Origin: a virus
Reading direction: 5' to 3' (one strand)
IMG/VR virus record: IMGVR_UViG_3300038316_000118
Coordinates: 430-64,429 of that record
DNA: 64,000 nt
Shown: positions 28,236 to 36,848 of the stretch, piece after piece
Layout of the letters: each line of letters starts with the position of its first letter
Position numbering within the stretch: position 1 is the first letter of the stretch
Notes under the pieces: model-generated
What the model was told of the DNA's origin: nothing
The model's database searches: none
What the model saw: only the letters and a program-made list of their open reading frames with translations
Position numbers and translations under genes: made by a program

Positions 28236-28514
28236 GTGAGAACCATGCTGGATAAGAACGAACTAACCCTAAACAACACGGAAAGGAAGCTGCTTTGGGG
28301 CATATACGAAACCTTACAGGAGATAAAGGACCTGCTTCCGGTGCCTGCAGCGTACGAGCAGACAGCGTTGAAAAAGGCCCCCTGGGGGGATTTAAGGCGT
28401 CATGAACTCATGGCGTTGGTAAAGGCTCTGCCGGCGGATAAAAAGCCGGAGGGATGGAGCAAGCTCAGCAATGCTGAACTAATCGACATTTTGACGGAGA
28501 AAGAAGGTGCTTAA
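28236..28514 (+). CDS. Hypothetical head-associated protein
   Basis: RBS, ORF. Confidence 0.55.
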   Translation: MRTMLDKNELTLNNTERKLLWGIYETLQEIKDLLPVPAAYEQTALKKAPWGDLRRHELMALVKALPADKKPEGWSKLSNAELIDILTEKEGA

Positions 28515-28787
28515 ATGAGAAACACCTACACGGCGGAGAAGGTGGAGGTAAGGGCAGAAGTAAAGGGAACTGCGGTAGACATACCTGTTGCAGGCAGGCC
28601 TTTTATGATTGCCAATACCGGCGCTCAGCCGCTGTATATCAATCCTGCGGAAACCGCAACGGCCGGCAACGGCTTTCTTATACCTGCCGGGACCGTGCTG
28701 CCTATCAAGATGGCGGTAAGAGGCAACTTGTCCGCGATATCTAATTCTACCGGAACCAGCGTCGCAGTGCTGTACTTCGACGTTTAA
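28515..28787 (+). CDS. Small beta-rich virion protein
   Basis: Coupled ORF. Confidence 0.55.
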   Translation: MRNTYTAEKVEVRAEVKGTAVDIPVAGRPFMIANTGAQPLYINPAETATAGNGFLIPAGTVLPIKMAVRGNLSAISNSTGTSVAVLYFDV

Positions 28788-28805
28788 GAAGGGTGGTGTG
28801 CCCTT

Positions 28806-29744
28806 GTGGACTACAAGGAATTAAAGGAACATACCCTGCAGCTATTAAATAAATATTCTACTCGCGGTAAGGAGCTGGCGCCGACCAAAACCGCCGACAT
28901 CAGGCTTAAGATCGAGAACTTTATTAATACCGAACTGATGGACTTAGCGACAACTACCGGCAAGCTACGTGCCAGCAAAACCTATGTGGTAAAGCCCATA
29001 TACAACGAGCTGAGCCGCGATACCTCAAGCATTAAGACCCACTTGCCCGGGCAGGACTTCGCCATAGAATTGCCCGGAGCCAAGTCATATTTTTTCGAGG
29101 TCCAAGGCCCTGCCACGGTAACGATTGACGAATACGGCGGAGATTCCTGGGTGAACCTTGAGACTATTGCCATTGCGGAAACGGTACCGGAATTCGCGGA
29201 ATACAAGGGGCTTATAACCGCTTCCGATGATGCCAACCGGATACGGCTTAATTTCTCCGGCGATTATGTCTACAACTACCGGTATTATGTGCTTTATCCG
29301 TATAATTTCCCGGCGGTAGAGGACGTACAGCAGCACAGGCCGCATTTTTTATATGACCTGCCTGCTGACTACTTGGACACAGAAAACGTGATGATACGAC
29401 GCGACCAGAGGCAGTGGGTGCCTTACGTCGGCTATATACTGGATATCGCTAACCGCAAGATAGGGCTTAACCGTTATCAGGAAGGCGAAGTAATACTGAA
29501 TTACTACCGCGAGCCTGTCTTGATCATCATTACTGGAAATGACGAGGTTGACGACTCCCAGATGATTGACGCTACGCCAGATGGGGCATATGCTCTCGCC
29601 CTGGGTGTTGCTTCGTTGGTGACGGCCAAAAACGACCCAGCGGCCAGCGCCTACTTCAACAACCTGTACGAAGTTAAAAAGGCCAATATGCTCAGCAGCG
29701 AAGGCATGTATACTCAGGCCATTATCTCAGTCAATGGGTGGTGA
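28806..29744 (+). CDS. Head-tail adaptor (tail tubular A-like) with an inserted beta domain
   Basis: YDLPADYL, ILNYYREP, YFNNLYE..K pattern; position in the tail block. Confidence 0.6.
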   Translation: MDYKELKEHTLQLLNKYSTRGKELAPTKTADIRLKIENFINTELMDLATTTGKLRASKTYVVKPIYNELSRDTSSIKTHLPGQDFAIELPGAKSYFFEVQGPATVTIDEYGGDSWVNLETIAIAETVPEFAEYKGLITASDDANRIRLNFSGDYVYNYRYYVLYPYNFPAVEDVQQHRPHFLYDLPADYLDTENVMIRRDQRQWVPYVGYILDIANRKIGLNRYQEGEVILNYYREPVLIIITGNDEVDDSQMIDATPDGAYALALGVASLVTAKNDPAASAYFNNLYEVKKANMLSSEGMYTQAIISVNGW

Positions 29745-29746
29745 TT

Positions 29747-30073
29747 ATTATGGCATACAAACCCAAAATCATAAAACCCATATCTCCCCGTAAGATGCAG
29801 ACTTATGGCTTTCCTAACGGCATGGCTGGGGGCATGAACTGTTCCGTACCGGCCGACAGGATAAGGCCCAATCAATCCCCCAATATGCTCAATATGTGTT
29901 ACGACCAGGGCACGCCTACGCAGAGACGGGGATTCGGCATTCACAAGAAATTCCCGGGCGGCATAAGAGGGATGCATTGTTACGAGAAGCCGGACGGCAG
30001 CACCGTTATGCTGGTTGCCGCTGGTGGCGGGAAAATATTTGAGGAGGTTTTGACGGATGTCCAAAATGTCTGA
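29747..30073 (+). CDS. N-terminal part of a tail nozzle/stabilisation (tubular B-like) protein
   Basis: GGMN...NQSPNMLNM...QRRGF...GIRGMH...AAGGGKIF. Confidence 0.6.
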   Translation: MMAYKPKIIKPISPRKMQTYGFPNGMAGGMNCSVPADRIRPNQSPNMLNMCYDQGTPTQRRGFGIHKKFPGGIRGMHCYEKPDGSTVMLVAAGGGKIFEEVLTDVQNV

Positions 30074-30443
30074 TTACCTGGAAAACAAGCTATTGGATCA
30101 TGTCTTGAAAAACACAGCATACACCCCGCCGGAAAAGGTTTACCTGGCTTTGTTTACTTCCGACCCTACCGACGCCGGAACAGGTACGGAAGTAGCGGGT
30201 GGGGCCTATGCCCGGCAAGAGATAGCCTTTGGCGCAGCAAACACAGGAACTTCCAGCACTACGGCGGATATTGCCTTTCCGATTGCCACGGCCAACTGGG
30301 GGACGGTTACCCATGTGGGCATATATGATGCAACCACTGCCGGCAATTTACTGCTGCACGGAGCCTTGAACACCGCCCGCACAATTAACGTTGATAACCA
30401 ACTGGTGTTCCTTACGGGAGAATTAACGGTGGTTTTTGATTAA
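30066..30443 (+). CDS. Small tail/virion structural protein
   Basis: MSDYLENKLL...YLALFTSDP...GGAYARQ...FPIATANWGTVTHVGIYDA. Confidence 0.7.
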   Translation: MSDYLENKLLDHVLKNTAYTPPEKVYLALFTSDPTDAGTGTEVAGGAYARQEIAFGAANTGTSSTTADIAFPIATANWGTVTHVGIYDATTAGNLLLHGALNTARTINVDNQLVFLTGELTVVFD

Positions 30444-30472
30444 ACCTCCTTATGCATTGGGGGTTTTAAGGC

Positions 30473-32500
30473 ATGTATTATTTTTCGTACTCCAGTATCA
30501 ACTATGGAAGTTTCAACTACCGCCCCATATGGCTATACAAGGAAGCCAGCGCCAATATTGTAGCCGGAACAGCGCAGGTTAATGCCGCCGCACATGTGCG
30601 CTCAGTTATAACGGCAAGTTGTGCAATCGAATGCAGCGGTAATATCGCTAATCCCCATACGATTGTCAAGAACTATTGCCGCGCCGATTTGGCAGCCGGA
30701 GCAACGTTACATGCAAACAGTGTGTTGAAACTCTATTCAAGGGCCAATATACACGGCAATGCTGATATAACTACAGACGAGACGATCAGGGTGTTTGAGG
30801 AAGCTTTGCTGATATGCGAAGCAGAAATTAACGTTAAAAGCGCGTTCAGGTGGAATGAAAGCGTTCTGCTGACAGCAGGTGCAGATGTGGAAGCGAAGAG
30901 CATTGTGGCGATATATGCAAACGTAATCATAGAGGCCGGAGCGGATATTAAAGCGACGGCCAAAAAAGCAATTGCAACAGGCCTTACCGATGCTGACACC
31001 TATTTCTTTAATTTTGGCGGCAAGTGCTATTTCTACAACGGTACAGACTATTGCTATTACGACGGTATACAGGTGGGCAGGGTAACGGATATTGCCTACA
31101 TCCCCACTATAACCATGGGACGAGCGCCGACAGGGGGCGGTACCCAAAACGAGGATTTAAATTACCTCAGCAACTCCTGGATAGATTCATTCTCCGGTAC
31201 CGCCGATGCGACGGAATACCACCTTTCGTTCTCCGGATTGAGCGAAACCCCAGTTAAGGCTTGGGTTAACGGGGAGGCGGAAACTGCAGATTTTACCGTA
31301 AACCGCGAAACTGGGGTAATAACTTTTAACGCCGCTCCCGGGGAAGGTACGGACAATATCCGAATACAGGCCGAAAAAGACGGGTTAATGAATCCGGATT
31401 ATATAAACAAATGCACTCAGATGGCTATATACGGCGGCAAGAACGATAACAGAGTATTCGCCTGCCGGGGCAACACCAGATACCACTGCGGACTGAATAA
31501 CCCCGCTTACTGGCCTGAAAATAACTACGCAGTTATAACCTCTGACGCTGAGAACCTTGTGGGATTCGGGAAAATGTACGACTACCTGATAAATCTCAAG
31601 GAAAACAGCCTGACGTTTACAACACTTGATACTGATTCCGGGGGAGACGTTATCTTCCCTGTATACCCGCTCAACGACGAATACGGATGCCTTGCCCCCG
31701 ATAGTATCCAGCCCGTAGCCAACGGGCTTATTTTTTTGGCGCAGACGGCAACGGGGGCGCCGGCCGGCGTGGTTTATCTGTCGCCTACGACAATCCGCAA
31801 CCAGCTTAATGCGCGGGTAATAAGCGAGGACATCAATAAGTCGGTACATGCCGGTATTACCGGAGTTATTGAATACTCCAGGAGCGAACTGGAGGCGGCA
31901 AAGTCCTATGTTCACGACAAGAAGTATTGGCTAAAAGTAGGCGATAGGGTTTGGATACTGGACTTGAGGGCAACCAACTTCGCTTCGGGCGAATATTGCT
32001 GGTACCCATACGACGGGCCGGTGACAGAGGCCAACTGTTTCCTGGAACATGAGGATAACTTTTATGCGGGAGACGGTGAAAACGGGGCCATCTACTGCGA
32101 AAGAGAAGGAAGGGAAGGGTTAAACGACGGCTCCACACCCATTAACTCCTACTGGACTTCCCCCATACTGTATTGCGGCTCAAGAAGCTACGTAAAGGAC
32201 TTCGAGGAACTGCATATAATTTTCGGGCCGCAGGTGTTAGCCGATCACACCCTGATCTTCATTACGGATGAGGACAGGGAGATAATTGATATCAACATTG
32301 AGAGTGCAAGGATATTCAGTTATGCGCAGTTGAATTACGGCTCTTTCCATTACGGCTCTAATCCTTATCCATCCAAGCAGACTGAGCTTGTGGGTTATTC
32401 GGCGGAGTACCTGCAGTGGATTGTTGGCAATGAAAAAAACAACCAGGGCTTGACTATACTGGCGCAAGAACTGGATTACCTTTGGGGAGAACGAAGCTAA
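30473..32500 (+). CDS. Tail protein: Ala/Ile-rich beta-repeat N-terminus fused to the C-terminal part of a nozzle/stabilisation protein
   Basis: AYIPTITMGRAPTGGG, YHCGLNNPAYWPEN, YGCLAPDSIQ motifs. Confidence 0.7.
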   Translation: MYYFSYSSINYGSFNYRPIWLYKEASANIVAGTAQVNAAAHVRSVITASCAIECSGNIANPHTIVKNYCRADLAAGATLHANSVLKLYSRANIHGNADITTDETIRVFEEALLICEAEINVKSAFRWNESVLLTAGADVEAKSIVAIYANVIIEAGADIKATAKKAIATGLTDADTYFFNFGGKCYFYNGTDYCYYDGIQVGRVTDIAYIPTITMGRAPTGGGTQNEDLNYLSNSWIDSFSGTADATEYHLSFSGLSETPVKAWVNGEAETADFTVNRETGVITFNAAPGEGTDNIRIQAEKDGLMNPDYINKCTQMAIYGGKNDNRVFACRGNTRYHCGLNNPAYWPENNYAVITSDAENLVGFGKMYDYLINLKENSLTFTTLDTDSGGDVIFPVYPLNDEYGCLAPDSIQPVANGLIFLAQTATGAPAGVVYLSPTTIRNQLNARVISEDINKSVHAGITGVIEYSRSELEAAKSYVHDKKYWLKVGDRVWILDLRATNFASGEYCWYPYDGPVTEANCFLEHEDNFYAGDGENGAIYCEREGREGLNDGSTPINSYWTSPILYCGSRSYVKDFEELHIIFGPQVLADHTLIFITDEDREIIDINIESARIFSYAQLNYGSFHYGSNPYPSKQTELVGYSAEYLQWIVGNEKNNQGLTILAQELDYLWGERS

Positions 32501-32521
32501 GAGAAAAGGAAGTGATTAACC

Positions 32522-33667
32522 ATGGCTTTACAGAAGATGGGCAATTTCACCTTTAACCATGTGAACCAGACGGATGAATTAGGTCTAACTGCGGACGAGG
32601 CAAAAGAAAAGTTTGACAGCCGCGGAGAAGAATTAAAGACTGCGCTGAATAACGCGGTGGACGCGCTTAATGCTACTGCTGACGGCAACAGCGGAGCCGA
32701 TAACGTTGGCGCAACTCCTGTGGAGGGTTGGCCGGGTTCATCTGTGCAAGCTATCATGGAGAGCGCTAAGTCGGATATCGCAGGGCATAAGGCCGTGGCT
32801 GCCGTACAGGCGCATTTAGCCAAAAACATAGCAATAGAAGATACCGGAGGATTATTTACCGCGACGCACGTTGAAGGAGCGTTAGGCGAGCTTTTTACGT
32901 CTGTCAGTAATGGAAAGTCTCTTGTCGCTGCCTCCATTACTGACAAAGGGGTTCCTACTTCCGGCAGCGATAGCTTTTCTCAGATGGCAGACAATATAGA
33001 CTCAATCGTTTTAGGCAGCGGCAATGCGGTAGAAGCCGATGTCCTGAGCGGAAAAACATTCAGCAACGATTCGGGTACTGGCAAAGTTGGCACCATGCCC
33101 AATCGTGGTGCTGTGAGCCAAAGCCTAGCTGTAAACGGTAGCTACACCATCCCGCAAGGCTACCACAACGGTGCAGGGCAAGTAACCCAGTCCATTGCGA
33201 CGAAAGGGGCGGCTACGATTACGCCCAGCACCGTTAACCAGGTTATAGCAGCCGGGCAGTATCTGACCGGAGCGCAGACTATTGCTGGAAGTGCGAACTT
33301 ATTAGCTGCCAATATAAAAGAGGGCGTTAATATATTTGGGGTTGTGGGGACATTAGCGATCGGTAAAAGGTGGGCTAGTGGCACAGCAGTCAGAAGTGGT
33401 TCACTATATACTTTTCAGGTATCAGGATTGGCATTCACTCCAAGAATAGTTATTACAAAGCTTAGTAATGCATCTGACGATCAAACGGGGATATCAATAT
33501 ATGTTGATTCTGCGATTTTCGGAACCTCATATGGAATAAATGTCTGGACTTACAATGGCACAAACGCAGAAACTGCGGATGCGCAAATTTCAGCCGGTGG
33601 CTTTACCATTAAAGCTGGTACAAAAAGTGTCTCGAGTCTAACATGTAATTGGGTGGCATTTGAATAA
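32522..33667 (+). CDS. Tail fibre / receptor-binding protein
   Basis: GNAVEADVLSGKTFS, GTMPNRGA, IPQGYHNG, ANIKEGVNIFGVVGT repeats. Confidence 0.75.
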   Translation: MALQKMGNFTFNHVNQTDELGLTADEAKEKFDSRGEELKTALNNAVDALNATADGNSGADNVGATPVEGWPGSSVQAIMESAKSDIAGHKAVAAVQAHLAKNIAIEDTGGLFTATHVEGALGELFTSVSNGKSLVAASITDKGVPTSGSDSFSQMADNIDSIVLGSGNAVEADVLSGKTFSNDSGTGKVGTMPNRGAVSQSLAVNGSYTIPQGYHNGAGQVTQSIATKGAATITPSTVNQVIAAGQYLTGAQTIAGSANLLAANIKEGVNIFGVVGTLAIGKRWASGTAVRSGSLYTFQVSGLAFTPRIVITKLSNASDDQTGISIYVDSAIFGTSYGINVWTYNGTNAETADAQISAGGFTIKAGTKSVSSLTCNWVAFE

Positions 33668-33681
33668 GGGGAGGAATTTCA

Positions 33682-34074
33682 ATGGCTCAAATAGGTCGGA
33701 AAATATATTATGAACTGCAGACCGGCGACGTTGTTTTAATCACGCCGGAGAAATTCAGTGGTATTGCGACAACCAAGGAACAGGACTTTGCCATGTATGA
33801 GGCTTTATCAATTAGGAATCCCGAAACAGTGGGCGTCGTTGAGCTTGAATACGGCCAGTACAGCAGCGATTTCCAGACATGCAATTCGGTACGGGTAGAT
33901 TTGGCAAGCGGGGATTTGCTCTTTAATTATCCGGTGTTCGAGCAGCCGCTATCCGTTACCGTGAACGCCTTGCGCACCGAAAACGCAGCGTTGAGGGCGC
34001 AAAATGAGACTTTAAATCAGCAAGTGGCCGACTTGGAAATGGCTATGGCTGCCTTGATGGGAGGTGTTGTGTGA
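33682..34074 (+). CDS. Tail-fibre assembly chaperone-like protein
   Basis: IGRKIYYELQTGDV...; C-terminal coiled coil; follows the fibre gene. Confidence 0.6.
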   Translation: MAQIGRKIYYELQTGDVVLITPEKFSGIATTKEQDFAMYEALSIRNPETVGVVELEYGQYSSDFQTCNSVRVDLASGDLLFNYPVFEQPLSVTVNALRTENAALRAQNETLNQQVADLEMAMAALMGGVV

Positions 34075-34220
34075 TGCCCGCATGGAAGAAAAACATATTT
34101 GTCCGGGTCGTATCCCGCCGCATGGCCGAGGAAAGCCGGACAGCGGAGGATATCCTGGCAGAGTATCCGGCGCTGACGGTGGAGGAAAAAGCCGAAATAA
34201 TGGCAGCAATTGCAGCTCAA
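34074..34220 (+). CDS. Small fibre-associated protein
   Basis: TGATG coupling; MPAWKKNIFVRVV... Confidence 0.5.
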
Positions 34221-34312
34221 TAAAATACAAGCGGTAAAATTCGATAGAGCACAACGCAGCGCCTTGAAAGGCGTTTTTTATGTGCATTTTTCACGAGAGG
34301 AGTTGATTAACA

Positions 34313-35047
34313 TTGGCAACTACTTCTACCAGTACCCCAGATTATAACCCGGACTACAAAAAGCAATACGAAGCGGCCCGGCAGCTTGTGGAGGGCAACT
34401 ATCAGAAGGCAGAAAACCAGCTGCAGGAACAACAGTCAGCCCTGCAGCCTGCCTACACGCAGCAAAAAGATGCAATCAGCCAGCAGGCGGCGCAAACAGG
34501 CCGGCAGATGGAGAATTATTACGCTAATAAGGGCCTTGGGCGCTCGGGCAGTATGGTAGGTGCACAGGCCAATATAGCTAATACTGCGCAACAGGGAATA
34601 AATATGGTTAACAACCAGCAGCAGCAGGCGGCCACGCAATTAGCCAATAGGCTAGCTGAACTGAGGCAGGGCAAGGCTACGGACTTAGCAGCCCTGGAAG
34701 GCAGAGAAGGACAGGATTTAAGGAACTTTGATCTACAACTCGCTAATTTATTTGGCTCTTATAACGGGCAGCAGACATTAGCCGGGCAAAGCCAAGCCCT
34801 ACAGAATGCCCTTGCAGAAGCTGGGGTAACGGGTATGTATAACGGGCAGCAAACCTTGCCGGCGCAACAGCAGGCATGGCAACAGCAGTATTACCAGAAT
34901 CAGGCGAATCAAGAATATATGAACATGCTGCTCAACCTTATCAATTCGCAGGCACAGGCAACAGGTTCATGGACTATGCCTTCTGGATTCACCTATGGCG
35001 ACGCCCTTAAGGCATTACTGGCGAAGTACCCGACAGGAGTATATTAA
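34313..35047 (+). CDS. Internal virion (ejection) protein
   Basis: Q/A-rich helical protein placed before the large virion proteins. Confidence 0.55.
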   Translation: MATTSTSTPDYNPDYKKQYEAARQLVEGNYQKAENQLQEQQSALQPAYTQQKDAISQQAAQTGRQMENYYANKGLGRSGSMVGAQANIANTAQQGINMVNNQQQQAATQLANRLAELRQGKATDLAALEGREGQDLRNFDLQLANLFGSYNGQQTLAGQSQALQNALAEAGVTGMYNGQQTLPAQQQAWQQQYYQNQANQEYMNMLLNLINSQAQATGSWTMPSGFTYGDALKALLAKYPTGVY

Positions 35048-35080
35048 TGGGCCTCGCAGGAAAGGAGGTAAGAAAAAACT

Positions 35081-36826
35081 ATGGCAAGCAATTCTTCTAA
35101 AAATTCAGATTATGGGGTTACATGGGGGCCTGGGGTCAGTTCTCCCAGTAATAGCGGGAGCGGTGGTGGCGGCAGCAGCAATAAAAGCGGCTCTGCATCT
35201 TCCGGCAGCGGCAGTGGCAGTGGCGGTTCTTCCGGTTCCGGTTATGCCTATGTTGACAAATACGGTTATTCCCATGTGGTTAAAGACTACGACACGGCAA
35301 AGAATTATGCGTCGGATGGCAATGTTTATAATTACAGCGGCTCACACAAGGGCGGCTATGCTTACGATGCCGACAATTACCGCGTGCCTTTGGATTTGCC
35401 TGGATCCAAGCCTTACGGCAATGATCTGAAAAACGAAATCGGATATAACTACGTCCCGAAAGCCGGCAGCCTAGGTTCTATGTTCACGGGCAAATTAGGA
35501 GGAATAGCGTCGGCGCCTTCGCTTACCCCTTTACTTGGGACGAACAACGCTCAAGCTAATAACGCAACTACCAATAATTCATTGGCTCCCCTAGCCACAT
35601 TGGCTCCAATAGGTGGGAACGCCGCAACGGGAAACGCTGCCAACAAGGAGCCTTGGGAAATATCACTGGAGAATTTTAAAACCGATAGCGCTTCAGGCTA
35701 TAAGGAAATTGAGCGGGCTCAGCAGGTATACAACCAGAAGATGGCGTCAGGCGACTATACAGGGGCGCAGGCAGCACACCATTGGGCAAATCAGATACGG
35801 GATGCCATGGGCGTCGGAGCTCTTTATGACAGAACCACAGGAGCATTGTTGAATAGCAATACGCCCAACCTATATACCGATGTATTGAGCGGACAGAATG
35901 TTATTAACGATCGTAACCAAAATATTTACGACACGACTATGGAGTGGCTTAACACTTGGAAAGAGGAACAGGAAAAGCTTGCAGATGCATTGCCGACATA
36001 TAATCCTCCGGAAAGGGAAGAGTTCAGGTTTACCACTCCCCCTGTCAATATAAGCAGCAGCGGGGACGATATTCACATTCCCACCCTTGCGGCCAGACAG
36101 CAGTGGGAGAACGAGCAAAATGCGATACAAGACAGATATGCGCAGCAGTACGGAGTTAATTACAACCGGGCGCAGGACGTTTACAATACTCAGCTTGATT
36201 GGCTGAAGGCAGGTATGGCAGAAACCCAACGGCAGGAGGACGCTACGCGAGAAGCCGCCAGATACCAGGAAGAGCAGGCGATAGCGCAAGAAGAACAAAG
36301 ATGGAATCGAGCTTGGGCCATGCTTGAAGCAGGCGTGCCGACCGCAGAGGTTTATGCAACCTTGGGCGTAGAACCTGGAACTAAGACTTTTGAGCAAATT
36401 ATGTCTGAGAAAGCGGCGGAATTGAACGCTCGTAAAGTTGCTTTGAGCGGAAGCAGTGGCGGCGGAGGCGGTGGCAGTTCCCAAGACCCCCCTTATTACC
36501 TGGATACCCAAGGGGAACGGGCCAATGTTATGACGGGCGGCTTGTTGGAACGGGCTGATGCTCAATATGAGCTTAATCGGCAACGAGGAGGCAATGCCGA
36601 ACAATATCCACTTTATTATACCCTGAACACTCTTTTCAATAATTCTGATTGGCGAAAAGCCATTACTTCCAGTGGAGCCGATGTTAAGACAGTTGCTGAT
36701 TATCTCATTACTAAATATGCCCGGATGTCGCCTGAGGAATATTTCCAAACCGGCAAGGCTGCCGGTACGTCTGTGGCAGCTGCATATAAACAGCTACTCA
36801 ATCAGTCCGAAAGAGATAATTACTAA
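35081..36826 (+). CDS. Internal virion (ejection) protein
   Basis: G/S-rich linkers and Q/E coiled coil. Confidence 0.55.
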   Translation: MASNSSKNSDYGVTWGPGVSSPSNSGSGGGGSSNKSGSASSGSGSGSGGSSGSGYAYVDKYGYSHVVKDYDTAKNYASDGNVYNYSGSHKGGYAYDADNYRVPLDLPGSKPYGNDLKNEIGYNYVPKAGSLGSMFTGKLGGIASAPSLTPLLGTNNAQANNATTNNSLAPLATLAPIGGNAATGNAANKEPWEISLENFKTDSASGYKEIERAQQVYNQKMASGDYTGAQAAHHWANQIRDAMGVGALYDRTTGALLNSNTPNLYTDVLSGQNVINDRNQNIYDTTMEWLNTWKEEQEKLADALPTYNPPEREEFRFTTPPVNISSSGDDIHIPTLAARQQWENEQNAIQDRYAQQYGVNYNRAQDVYNTQLDWLKAGMAETQRQEDATREAARYQEEQAIAQEEQRWNRAWAMLEAGVPTAEVYATLGVEPGTKTFEQIMSEKAAELNARKVALSGSSGGGGGGSSQDPPYYLDTQGERANVMTGGLLERADAQYELNRQRGGNAEQYPLYYTLNTLFNNSDWRKAITSSGADVKTVADYLITKYARMSPEEYFQTGKAAGTSVAAAYKQLLNQSERDNY

Positions 36827-36848
36827 TAAGAATAGGAGGGTAGCGGCA

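Noticed and set aside
35870-36748. Long antisense ORFs (35870-36748, 37673-38596, 58559-59308, 7820-8506 and similar)
   Set aside because: They shadow well-supported genes on the opposite strand and have no RBS or recognisable motifs.
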